From NCBI GenBank assembly GCA_002269645.1, contig NIVC01004824.1, positions 1 through 34,183 on the forward strand: 34,183 nt of DNA. The letters run 5' to 3'. The notes beneath the pieces are model-generated. The model did not search any database. It was not told where the DNA came from and saw only the letters and a list, made by a program, of their open reading frames with translations. Made by a program: the position numbers and the translations under genes. Positions 21,271 to 31,559 of the stretch are shown one piece after another; the stretch's first letter is position 1; each line of letters starts with the position of its first letter. Origin of the DNA: Macrostomum lignano (lineage: Eukaryota).

Positions 21271-22450
21271 ATGACAGCAGAAGTTGAATTAGCGGCCGCA
21301 GCCTCCGCTGCTCAGCAGCATCATCAGCATCATCAACAACAGCGCAAGGCTTCAAACGCCGGCTCTGACGACCTGCTCGCTCCGTTGCCCAGCAACGTTG
21401 GCGCTGGCGCTTCTCATGGACGTCGAATGTCGCGCGTTCTCGGCGGCGGCGGCGGGGGCGGGCGCCAGGGCCGCGGCAGGCTGGGCACCCTGGCGGGCCC
21501 AAGCCTCATGCTGGGCGGCGGAGATCACGGAGCTCGCAGCGGGCAGCCACCGCCGCTGGAGAACACCTACCGGCTGAAGCCTGACGAGTCGCAGCGGTTT
21601 AACTGCCGGCTGGCCACGGAGATTCTGACGGCGGCGCTGGAGACTGCGGTGGCCGGAGTTGGGCAGAAATATGATGCGGAGAGGTGGGAAAGAACATGCA
21701 GATCTATAGTGTAGACTCACCCCTCATTCACTCACCGATTCACTGATTCATTCCAGTTTCACCCCTGATTCACGCCCTGACTCACTCCCTGATTCACTCT
21801 GATTCATCCATGATTCACCACCGGATTCACCCATGATTCGCCACCTGATTCACCCATGATTCACCACCTGATTCACGCCTGATTCACCCATGATTCACCC
21901 TCTGATTCACCACCTGATTCACGCCTGATTCACCACCTGATTCACCCTCTGCTTCACCCCCTGATTCACCACCTGATTCATCACCTGATTCACCACCTGA
22001 TTCGCCCTCTGATTCGCCCTCTGATTCACCACCTGATTCACCCCCTGATTCACCACCTGATTCGCCCTCTGATTCGCCCTCTGATTCACCACCTGATTCG
22101 CCCTCTGATTCGCCCTCTGATTCACCACCTGATTCACCCTCTGATTCACCCCCTGATTCACCCCCTGATTCACCCCCTGATTCACCCCCTGATTCACCCC
22201 CTCCCCCAATCGCAGATGCCGCTCCGCATGCCAGTCTGCGGCTGAACAAGCCAGACGGGAGCTGCGCGAGCTGGACAGCCGCCGCTACAAGCTGGTGGTG
22301 AACGTCTCCATCATGCAGCTGCTGGGCCAATCAGCCGCGGTTGCTAGCCGCAGTGTCGGCAACCCGGAGACTGACAATTACGCCACTGCTCAGGTCTCTG
22401 CCGGAGAGTTTGCCTGCGTTGCTACTGTCCACGCGCTCTACTATGAGTAG
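21271..22450 (+). CDS. TCTEX1D: Tctex1-domain dynein light chain (TCTEX1D/DYNLT4-5-like), 215 aa; exons join(21271..21683,22216..22450)
   Basis: LENTYRLKP motif, RRYKLVVNVSI, SR.V.NPETDNYA and C-terminal VATVHALYYE* match the Tctex1 fold. The intron is phase-2 GT-AG and the join is 648 nt. The exact paralog cannot be assigned. Confidence 0.9.
21715..22200. repeat. 12-bp minisatellite CTGATTCACCAC filling the Tctex1 intron
   Basis: 12-bp period; explains the GESG and VNQG repeat ORFs. Confidence 0.93.
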
Positions 22451-22782
22451 TATGCTAACTGTGTGTTATGCAAGCCAAAAATAGAAAGAAAGACAAAAAA
22501 TGCTTTAATTTGTTTTCAAATATCATATAAACTTTGGCGTCGAGTTCAGGCTATTTTATTAAGTTCAATAATTTGATCTGGTCTATTGATCAATATCTTC
22601 AAACGATATGCTGACTTGATTACCAACAATACGTATGAAGTATACGTATGCTTTGTGGTTTTGATTTTTTATTCTAACTCGTTATTCAACGAACATTCAT
22701 AATTTCTTCGAGAAAAGCTTTGAAAAAGCACTATATTGGGAGAGCAGAAACTCCCAGATTACAGAATTTGTACTTTTTTGCA

Positions 22783-22996
22783 CAGCGCTCAAGGGGTTTC
22801 AGGGGCGTCGCCGCTGAAGGCTGCGTACGGCTGTTCAGTCCAAGGACTGGGGGTTCGCCACACACCCTCAATTACCTCAGCTAATGCTGGCACCCATTTT
22901 ACACCTGGGTGAACTGAAGCAATGCAGAGTTAATTGTCTCTTGCTCAAGGACACAAATTGTTCCAGTAAAGTCGGGAATCGAGCCTCCGACCTTCA
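22783..22996 (-). mobile_element. tRNA-derived, CORE-like SINE fragment (5'-truncated)
   Basis: The minus strand has a B-box-like GGCTCGATTCCC, then GTGTCCTTGAGCAAGAGACAATTAACTCT...CACCCAGGTGTAAAATGGGTGCC, resembling the conserved CORE-SINE central domain. No A-box is visible. Confidence 0.6.
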
Positions 22997-23394
22997 AGTT
23001 ATTTAGTTTTTTCTATTCATATTTTTTGTTTCAATCCGCATGCACATGTAACAATACCTGCACGAATCTTTAGAACCTTTTTCCCGAACCTAGGCTTACA
23101 CGCGATCCAGCTGGGATGACAGGATAAATCGGTATTTGGTGAGTGCTAATTTACTATGTACTGTTTTTCTGCAACCCGGATCTGCAACAGGTAAAACTGA
23201 CTTAATTTTGTCAAATGCCTGATGGGAACCATGGTCTGGAATGGATTCGCGGATTTTTTCCCTATTTGCGATCAGAAAATCCCGGATGCTGGCTTCTCAG
23301 AGTCATTCCGCATTGACAGCGTCTGAATTCCTGTGCAATTATTATTCAGCTTCTCCCACCTCCGTAGCCGCCCGCGGAATCGCTCAAAAGCGCT

Positions 23395-23408
23395 GTTTCC
23401 ATGGCAAC
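23395..23408. promoter_or_regulatory. X-box (RFX site) GTTTCCATGGCAAC about 150 bp upstream of the PAN/TSP1 gene ATG
   Basis: Consensus match at a typical promoter-proximal distance. Confidence 0.65.
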
Positions 23409-23542
23409 CAACAAAACAAAGAGACGCATCAAGCCGGTGCATAAAACACCTGAGCCCGAGGTGGGAGACGGGCCAGAAGCAGGAAAGAAAAGTTTTGTCT
23501 TTTAGCAACACAGCAATCGGCAACTTCAGCAAGAACAGCCTG

Positions 23543-25234
23543 ATGGGCCTCTCGGTGGCGACCTTATTACTCCTGACTGCGGCACGGCTGACCGACGCTT
23601 CCACAGTCAGGGAGTTCAACTTCAACGCGTCTGATCGTCTGCCGTCGGGAATCGGCGGTCCCAACGAGTCCGCGGTCTCAGCCGTGGCGCTGAGTCCTGG
23701 CTCCATCAAGCTGGTGGGTCCCGTGGGGATGAACGCCAGCTGGCTGGGGAGTCTCCAGTGCGCGACCAAGTGCAGAGCGTGGGCTTTCTGCCACGCGTAC
23801 TACTTCAATGCCAGTGCGGGCCTGTGCCACCTGGCTGACCAGGGACAGTTCGAGACCTACTGGACTGGCAACGGCACGGCTGGGGAAGCCGCCTTCGTCA
23901 AGCTGTACCACGGTGAGTGGGTCTTCTGTCACTCTGTACCACGGTGAGTGGGTCTTCTGTCACTCTGTAACACAGTGAGTGGGTCTTCTGTCACTCTGTA
24001 ACACAGTGAGTGGGTCTTCTGTCACTCTGTAACACAGTGAGTGGGTCTTCTGTCACTCTGTAACACAGTGAGTGGGTCTTCTGTCACTCTGTAACACAGT
24101 GAGTGGGTCTTCTGTCACTCTGTACCACGGTGAGTGGGTCTTCTGTCACTCTGTACCACGGTGAGTGGGTCTTTAATCGAGCTGTTTCCTGTATACTTTG
24201 ATTTATGAAAGCACACCGACTTCTCCTGCTCAGACATCTGCACCTGGCAGTCCTGGACCAACTGGGCCACCGCCTCTGGTGCGACCGGAGATTCCGACAT
24301 CTGCAACGCGCTTGTGAATCGAACCCGCGTCCGCCAGTGCACCTGCCCAACCGACGAAGGGGCCTCCGTGAGCGGCTGGTGTCAGGGCGCGAAGGACAAA
24401 AGCCAGACGCAGGGCAGCTTCATCAGCTGGTGCCAGTGGTCCGAGTGGGCCACCGACTCGTCCGAAGGCAGCCGGGTCTGTGGGAACTGGAACAGCAAGC
24501 ACCGGTCCAGGAGCTGCCGCTGCCCGATTGACAGGCCGCCTGCGACCATCGAGACGGCCGCAGTTGAGAACATCACCCAGGTGAGTTTGAAGATGTTGCT
24601 GAATTTAGCTTTTGGGTTTGGTTTTTACGTTGATCGCCAGATTGTAAATTCTAGTAAAATGCAACTGGGATACTTTCAGTAGTATAATCAGTATTGTTAT
24701 TGCTCTTATTCCCCGAAGACTTGGAACTGGTGCAACTGGGAAGGCTGGAACGAGTGGACGAGTGACAAAGGCTATAAGAAGTCTTGGCACTACGCGAACA
24801 ACTATCTTGGATGCAACTGGCGGTTCACTCGCAAGAGAGTCCGCAAGTGCGGCTGCTCGACTGCGATCAGCGCGTCGGCTGGCCTGGAGGTGAGCAGCGA
24901 GTTGGACACTGCCTTCACTGCCTGGTGCGCCTGGGGCAACTGGGGCAGCTGGTACCTGTATAGGGACGGCAAAAATAGCCATAATATTATTCGAAAAAAG
25001 AGTCGTACTTACGACTGCACCAGGAACTCGTCAAACAGCTGTTCAGGAGGCCGGTGGGAAAGGCAGACGGGTCATTCATGCCGCTGCTTTGACTGGAGCA
25101 GGTGGAGATATTGGCGGCGTTGTTGTTCCAAGAGAGCCAAATTCATGACATGCAGATGCAAATATGATGGAGATTTCAATACGGCCAATGTCACCGGCTA
25201 CAGGTGTCGCAAGCGCACCAAGCGTATGTTTTAG
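23543..25234 (+). CDS. Secreted PAN/apple-domain + thrombospondin type-1-like repeat protein, 410 aa; exons join(23543..23912,24234..24580,24719..25234)
   Basis: Signal peptide MGLSVATLLLLTAARLTDA, PAN-like QCATKCRAWAFCHAYYFNASAGLCHL, repeated WxxWxxW...RxRxC units (WQSWTNW..RTRVRQC; WCQWSEW..RSRSC; WCNWEGWNEW..RKRVRKC; WCAWGNWGSW), and a basic Cys-rich tail. Intron phases are 1 and 0 and the join is 1233 nt. The exon-3 acceptor is a weaker GAAG. Confidence 0.8.
23903..24172. repeat. 31-bp minisatellite CTGTACCACG|GTGAGTGGGTCTTCTGTCACT spanning an exon/intron junction (9 donor copies)
   Basis: GTGAGT at 23913, 23944, 23975, 24006, 24037, 24068, 24099, 24130 and 24161. Confidence 0.97.
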
Positions 25235-25494
25235 CGAACGCACAATCCAGTCTGCAAAATATAAACACTGTGTTTCCTTTCCAAATAAGGAAGTCTCTTT
25301 TCAAATTGGCATCAATTGCCCGCGTTTCGTACGGCGACTGTGTATTTAATTACGAGTATACTGATTTTTTTGTCAAAAAGATGTTTTATGATGTCTAAAG
25401 GCTCTTTCAATTGAGCCATGCAATCACTTGATTGATGGACAAACTCACAATCAGGCCGTCATAACACAAAATCGGCTTCATTTGAATGCGGCTC

Positions 25495-26047
25495 GTGACA
25501 TTTGACTGTCAGTGACATTTGACTATCAGTGACATTTGACTGTCAGTGACATTTGACTGCCAGTGACATTTGACTGTCAGTGACATTTGACAGCCAGTAA
25601 CATTTGACTATCAGTGACATTTGACTGCCAGTGACATTTGACAGCCAGTAACATTTGACTATCAGTGACATTTGACTGTCAGTGACATTTGACTGTCAGT
25701 GACATTTGACTGTCAGTGACATTTGACTGTCAGTGACATTTGACTGTCAGTGACATTTGACTATCAGTGACATTTGACTATCAGTGACATTTGACTGCCA
25801 GTGACATTTGACAGCCAGTAACATTTGACTGTCAGTGACATTTGACTGTCAGTGACATTTGACTATCAGTGACATTTGACTGTCAGTGACATTTGACTGC
25901 CAGTGAAATTTGACAGCCAGTAACATTTGACTGTCAGTGACATTTGACTGTCAGTAACATTTGACTGTCAGTGACATTTGACTGTCAGTGACATTTGACA
26001 GCCAGTAACATTTGACTGTCAGTGACATTTGACTGTCAGTGACATTT
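25495..26047. repeat. 17-bp minisatellite TTTGACTGTCAGTGACA
   Basis: 17-bp period (25501 to 25518). Confidence 0.95.
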
Positions 26048-26089
26048 GATGGCTCATGACAGTCAACAGTCAGCAATAACATGTTCTTA

Positions 26090-26763
26090 TTCCCAGCACT
26101 CCATTCCCAGCACTCCAATCCCAGCTCTCCATTCCCAGCTCTCCATTCCCAGCACTCCATTCCCAGCTCTCCATTCCCAGCTCTCCATTCCCACCCCTCC
26201 ATTCCCAGCACTCCATTCCCAGCTCTCCATTCCCAGCTCTCCATTCCCAGCTCTCCATTCCCAGCTCTCCATTCCCAGCTCTCCATTCCCAGCTCTCCAT
26301 TCCCAGCTCTCCATTCCCAGCTCTCCATTCCCAGCTCTCCATTCCCAGCTCTCCATTCCCAGCTCTCCATTCCCAGCTCTCCATTCCCAGCACTCCATTC
26401 CCAGCTCTCCATTCCCAGCACTCCATTCCCAGCTCACCATTCCCAGCACTCCATTCCCAGCTCTCCATTCCCAGCACTCCATTCCCAGCTCTCCATTCCC
26501 AGCTCTCCATTCCCAGCTCTCCATTCCCAGCTCTCCATTCCCAGCACTCCATTCCCAGCTCTCCATTCCCAGCTCTCCATTCCCAGCTCTCCATTCCCAG
26601 CTCTCCATTCCCAGCACTCCATTCCCAGCACTCCATTCCCAGCTCTCCATTCCCAGCTCTCCATTCCCAGCACTCCATTCCCAGCTCTCCATTCCCAGCA
26701 CTCCATTCCCAGCTCTCCATTCCCAGCTCTCCATTCCCAGCTCTCCATTCCCACCCCTCCATT
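26090..26763. repeat. 14-bp minisatellite CTCTCCATTCCCAG
   Basis: 14-bp period (the 14-aa ORF periodicity equals 3 units). Confidence 0.95.
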
Positions 26764-27026
26764 CAACATCAACAAAGTGCATTGCCAGCCATTCATGCGT
26801 GAGACAATGTCACTGGGAGCGTTTCGATGCCTGTGTGCAAACGTAGGCCGCACTGCCGACAGTTTCCGAGCCGGCATCAGCCAGCAGGCAGTCGACGAAA
26901 CGCTGAGTGCGCGCCTGCCCCCGCCGGTAGGGTGCCTGCAGCGTCAGCAGCAGCAGCACCTCCTGCACCGGCTGTGGGCAGTACGACTCGGCTCGGATGA
27001 AATTGCCTGCCAGTTGGAGTCGCCAG
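26762..27026 (-). mobile_element. 3' part of the same LINE fragment, separated from it by the hAT insertion
   Basis: The minus strand reads RLQLAGNFIRAESYCPQPVQEVLL...RRGQARTQRFVDCLLADAG (RRL..AGH..R and GR...Y/F.D..L.D motifs of the LINE ORF2 C-terminus), followed by a short TTGTTGATGTTG-type tail. Confidence 0.7.
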
Positions 27027-27038
27027 CAGGGTGTCCGC

Positions 27039-29510
27039 AACCTGGAAAAACCTGGAAATGCAAAAAAACCAGGAAAAACCTGGAAATGCAAAAAAACCTG
27101 GAAAAACCTGGAAATGCAAAAAAACCTGGAAAAACCTGGAAATGCAAAAAACCTGGAAAAACCTGGAAAAACCTAGAAAAACCTGGAAATGCAAAAAACC
27201 TGGAAAACCTGGAAAAACCTGGAAATGCAAAAAACCTGGAAATGCAAAAAACCTGGAAAACCTGGAAAAACCTGGAAATGCAAAAAACCTGGAAATGCAA
27301 AAAACCTGGAAAACCTGGAAAAACCTGGAAATGCAAAAAACCTGGAAATGCAAAAAAACCTGGAAAAACCTGGAAATGCAAAAAACCCGGAAAACCTGGA
27401 AAAACCTGGAAAAACCTGGGAAACCTGGAAAAACCTGGAAATGCAAAAAAACCTGGAAAAACCTGGAAAAACCTGGAAAAATCTGGAAAAACCTGGAAAA
27501 ACCTGGAAATGCAAAAAAACCTGGAAAAACTAGAAAACCTGGAAATGCAAAAAAACCTGGAAAAACCTGGAAAAATCTGGAAAAACCTGGAAAAACCTGG
27601 AAATGCAAAAAAACCTGGAAAAACCTGGAAATGCAAAAAACCCGGAAAACCTGGAAAAACCTGGAAAAACCTGGGAAACCTGGAAAAACCTGGAAATGCA
27701 AAAAAACCTGGAAAAACCTGGAAAAATCTGGAAAAACCTGGAAAAACCTAGAAAAACCTGGAAATGCAAAAAACCTGGAAAACCTGGAAAAACCTGGAAA
27801 TGCAAAAAACCTGGAAATGCAAAAAACCTGGAAAACCTGGAAAAACCTGGAAATGCAAAAAACCTGGAAATGCAAAAAACCTGGAAAACCTGGAAAAACC
27901 TGGAAATGCAAAAAACCTGGAAATGCAAAAAAACCTGGAAAAACCTGGAAATGCAAAAAACCCGGAAAACCTGGAAAAACCTGGAAAAACCTGGGAAACC
28001 TGGAAAAACCTGGAAATGCAAAAAAACCTGGAAAAACCTGGAAAAACCTGGAAAAATCTGGAAAAACCTGGAAAAACCTGGAAATGCAAAAAAAACCTGG
28101 AAAAACTAGAAAACCTGGAAATGCAAAAAAACCTGGAAAAACCTGGAAAAATCTGGAAAAACCTGGAAAAACCTGGAAATGCAAAAAAACCTGGAAAAAC
28201 CTGGAAATGCAAAAAACCCGGAAAACCTGGAAAAACCTGGAAAAACCTGGGAAACCTGGAAAAACCTGGAAATGCAAAAAAACCTGGAAAACCTGGAAAT
28301 GCAAAAAAACCTGGAAAAACCTGGAAAAACCTGGAAATGCAAAAAAACCTGGAAAAACCTGGAAATGCAAAAAAACCTGGAAAAACCTGGAAAAACCTGG
28401 AAATGCAAAAAAACCTGGAAAAACCTGGAAAAACCTGGAAAAATCTGGAAAAACCTGGAAAAACCTGGAAATGCAAAAAAACCTGGAAAAACCTGGAAAT
28501 GCAAAAAAACCTGGAAAAACCTGGAAAAACCTGGAAAAATCTGGAAAAACCTGGAAAAACCTGGAAAAACCTGGAAATGAAAAAAAACCTGGAAAAACCT
28601 GGAAATGCAAAAAAACCTGGAAAAACCTGGAAAAACCTGGAAATGCAAAAAAACCTGGAAAAACATGGAAAACCTGGAAATGCAAAAAAAACCTGGAAAA
28701 ACCTGGAAATGCAAAAAAACCTGGAAAAACCTGGAAAAACCTGGAAAAATCTGGAAAAACCTGGAAAAACCTGGAAAAACCTGGAAATGCAAAAAAACCT
28801 GGAAAAACCTGGAAATGCAAAAAAACCTGGAAAAACCTGGAAATGCAAAAAAACCTGGAAAAACCTGGAAAAACCTGGAAAAATCTGGAAAAACCTGGAA
28901 AAACCTGGAAAAACCTGGAAAAACCTGGAAATGCAAAAAAACCTGGAAAAACCTGGAAATGCAAAAAAACCTGGAAAAACCTGGAAAAACCTGAAAAAAT
29001 CTGGAAAAACCTGGAAAAACCTGGAAAAACCTGGAAATGCAAAAAAACCTGGAAAAACCTGGAAATGCAAAAAAACCTGGAAAAACCTGGAAAAACCTGG
29101 AAAAACCTGGAAATGCAAAAAAACCTGGAAAAACCTGGAAATGCAAAAAAACCTGGAAAAACCTGGAAATGCAAAAAAACCTGGAAAAACCTGGAAAAAC
29201 CTGGAAAAATCTGGAAAAACCTGGAAAAACCTGGAAAAACCTGGAAATGCAAAAAAACCTGGAAAAACCTGGAAATGCAAAAAAACCTGGAAAAACCTGG
29301 AAAAACCTGGAAATGCAAAAAAACCTGGAAAAACCTGGAAAACCTGGAAATGCAAAAAAAACCTGGAAAAACCTGGAAATGCAAAAAAACCTGGAAAAAC
29401 CTGGAAATGCAAAAAAAAACCTGGAAAAACCTGGAAAACCTGGAAAAACCTGGAAATGCAAAAAAACCTGGAAAAACCTGGAAAACCTGGAAATGCAAAA
29501 AAACCTGGAA
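27039..29510. repeat. Satellite of CCTGGAAAAA and CCTGGAAATGCAAAAAAA units inside the hAT element
   Basis: About 2.5 kb built from two interspersed unit types, starting immediately inside the left TIR. Confidence 0.97.
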
Positions 29511-29614
29511 ACGCCCCAAAACAGAAGAAAAACCTGGAAATAGACCAATGTGGGAGGGGAAACCTGGAATTATCATTCTTCCCATGATCTGTGTAATGTA
29601 AAACTGGAAGAAGA

Positions 29615-30600
29615 CAAAGACAAAGAAGCCAATGTTTGTCTTTCTCTATGAGAAGCTGAGCGTCATCGTTCTTACTGTTGGTCGCTGAAGTTCCATTATT
29701 TTACGCAACAGATTGTCACCAAGGCTTCCGTGTCGGATCTGGCGAATTTGGAACTGGACAAGGCTACTTTGCCAGCAAAGTTAATTGACATTGGATTCGC
29801 CGCACGAAAAGAATTGGGTGTCGCTCTTGCTGAGAAGACGATTTCAGAGCAGGACAAGCTGAAATTCCTTTCGGAATGCAAGCAGTTCTACTGCAAATTG
29901 ATTGAAAAACTTCCAGAGAAGTCGCCTCTTCGATATTCAATTGTTCGCGGAGCTAGCTCTCTCTCGCCAACACTCATTTGCAGCTCTCCAGAAGTCAGCC
30001 AACAGCGCTTTCGGATGCTACTTACGGACCTCATGGAGTGTCATTGACTACCTGCAGATGGGTGCGACCTTGCTTAACGCAGTTTTGGGACTTTTGTGGA
30101 GAGTCCAGAGGTTCAGAGAACAATGGCCGCATTTAATGCCGCGAGTGAACGAGTAGACACGCTCTACTGGAACCTGCTTCCTGGTGCAGAAGCCACTGCA
30201 AGTGCGCTTCATGGCTTGCAGCTAGCAGCCAGGGATGCGCTCTGGAAGCCGATAAGCATGGTGTTGATCATGTCACATGGCAATGCCACTGTTGAAAGTG
30301 GATTTTCCGTGAACAAGGACATGCTGGTGCCTAACCTCCTGCAGGATTCTTTGGTGTCCCTGCGCCAAGTCCAGGATACTATAACAACTATAACAGTAGC
30401 TTCTATCCAAGAATCTTCTATCCAGTGTAAGAATGGCCAGGCAGCGTTACCGTGATGCCTTGGAGGAAAAACGAGACGAGGAGAAATCGAAGACAGCGGT
30501 CACCGTATCCCAGAAGAGAAAAGCGACTGACGAGATTTTCCGAATCGAACAGGAGCTCGAGCTCGTGCCGAGGAGTTGCGCAAAAGGCTCGCCTAAGTAC
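29615..30600 (+). pseudogene. Decayed hAT-like transposase, C-terminal portion only
   Basis: Fragments TKKPMFVFLYEKL, KLIEKLPEKSPLRYSIVRG..LSP, ERVDTLY, LW...VLIMSHGNATVESGFSVNK (hAT C-terminal dimerisation-type motif) and ARQRYRDALEEKR, with in-frame stops and frameshifts. The N-terminal and catalytic regions are absent. Confidence 0.75.
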
Positions 30601-31144
30601 ATTTGGCAACTGACGACAGTTAGTTACAAGTACTTAAAAAGACCATAATTATTTGCTGAACATTGGCGAAGCGTTTACTGTCATGCATATTTTGCTTTAT
30701 TTTCACTTCCATAAATGTCACATTTTATGTCCTATTTTACGAGTTTCAGTTTCGTTCAATGTTAGTCTTGTAGTTTCAATTGACGGCTCATTGACAATAG
30801 CCTGTATATTTTACCTATTTTTTTACTTTCCAATTTTCCACTTATTTGCGCCCTGCAGTGCTGATACGAGCTGCTACAGTACGTGGCAACTTTGCTAAAC
30901 GTTTACTGAATTTTGCATATCTTTTCCGATCATGTCCCCTTTTTCTTTTCGTTGATTGCTCATTGACAGTGGCCCATTTTTACTATGAAATATATAATAT
31001 ACAGTTCGTAGTAGGAAACACTAAATCAAGAAAAATCGCTGCGTACATACGTTTCAAAGCTACACCAAGTAGCAACCTGGAGCTTTACTTATTTGAACCT
31101 TGAAAAACCTGGAAATTGATATTGAATTTCGCGCGGACACCCTG

Positions 31145-31490
31145 CGCCAGGCCGGTGCGGCGATAGAGTGCCGCATTGGTGACTCGCTCGTAGCCGATCT
31201 TGAAGGCGGCGCGCAGCAGGCCAGCGTGCGCCTCATCTACCTGCTGTTCGAGTGAATCTGTCAGGATCCAGGTCTCGGCGTTGTACAACAGGACGGTCTC
31301 GATCACCGCGTGGAACAACGCTGGCCTCTCGTAATCAGGCAGGGCCTAGGACTGCAGGACGGCCCTCACGGAACGGAAAACAGCCCAGACAAGTCAACGG
31401 CGACATCGCAGGTCCTCGCAAACGTCAGGCACGAGACCGCCGAGGTAGACAAACTGCTGACGGCGCACTCCAAACTGACGGCGAAAATGG
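31145..31490 (-). mobile_element. Non-LTR retrotransposon (RTE-clade-like) fragment, RT thumb/C-terminal region, 5' part
   Basis: The minus strand reads QQFVYLGGLVPDVCEDL..*LVWAVFRSVRAVLQS*ALPD....LFHAVIETVLLYNAETWILT...VTNAALYRRTGLA. The YLG and VLLY.AETW motifs are typical of the post-RT region of LINE ORF2. It has two premature stops and is 5'-truncated. Confidence 0.8.
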
Positions 31491-31559
31491 ACAGCGCTCC
31501 ATTTTCAGCACTCAATTCCATTTAGCACTCCATTTCGCACTTTAGATACACGATTCCAA

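Larger units (their letters stand above)
27027..31144 (+). mobile_element. Non-autonomous hAT-type DNA transposon, 4118 bp, 12-bp TIRs, 6-bp TSD
   Basis: CAGGGTGTCCGC (27027-27038) is the exact reverse complement of GCGGACACCCTG (31133-31144). CGCCAG is duplicated on both sides (27021-27026, 31145-31150). CCTGGAAA subterminal motifs occur at both ends and a transposase remnant lies inside. Confidence 0.85.

Noticed and set aside
4276-26877. Other repeat-derived ORFs (4276-5021, 7081-7876, 8514-8965, 10805-12145, 16048-16546, 17000-17405, 18447-18824, 20461-21193, 21884-22330, 25951-26877)
   Set aside because: Each coincides with a tandem array, mostly inside introns of well-supported plus-strand genes.
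27039-29510. Dense CCWGG (Dcm) sites as a bacterial methylation signal
   Set aside because: The context is an animal genome, and the motif is explained as a transposon subterminal repeat.
26877-29601. Very long ORFs (902, 856, 607, 556 aa) on both strands
   Set aside because: They are translations of the CCTGGAAAAA satellite, whose units lack stop codons in several frames. They have no splice context and no domain content.
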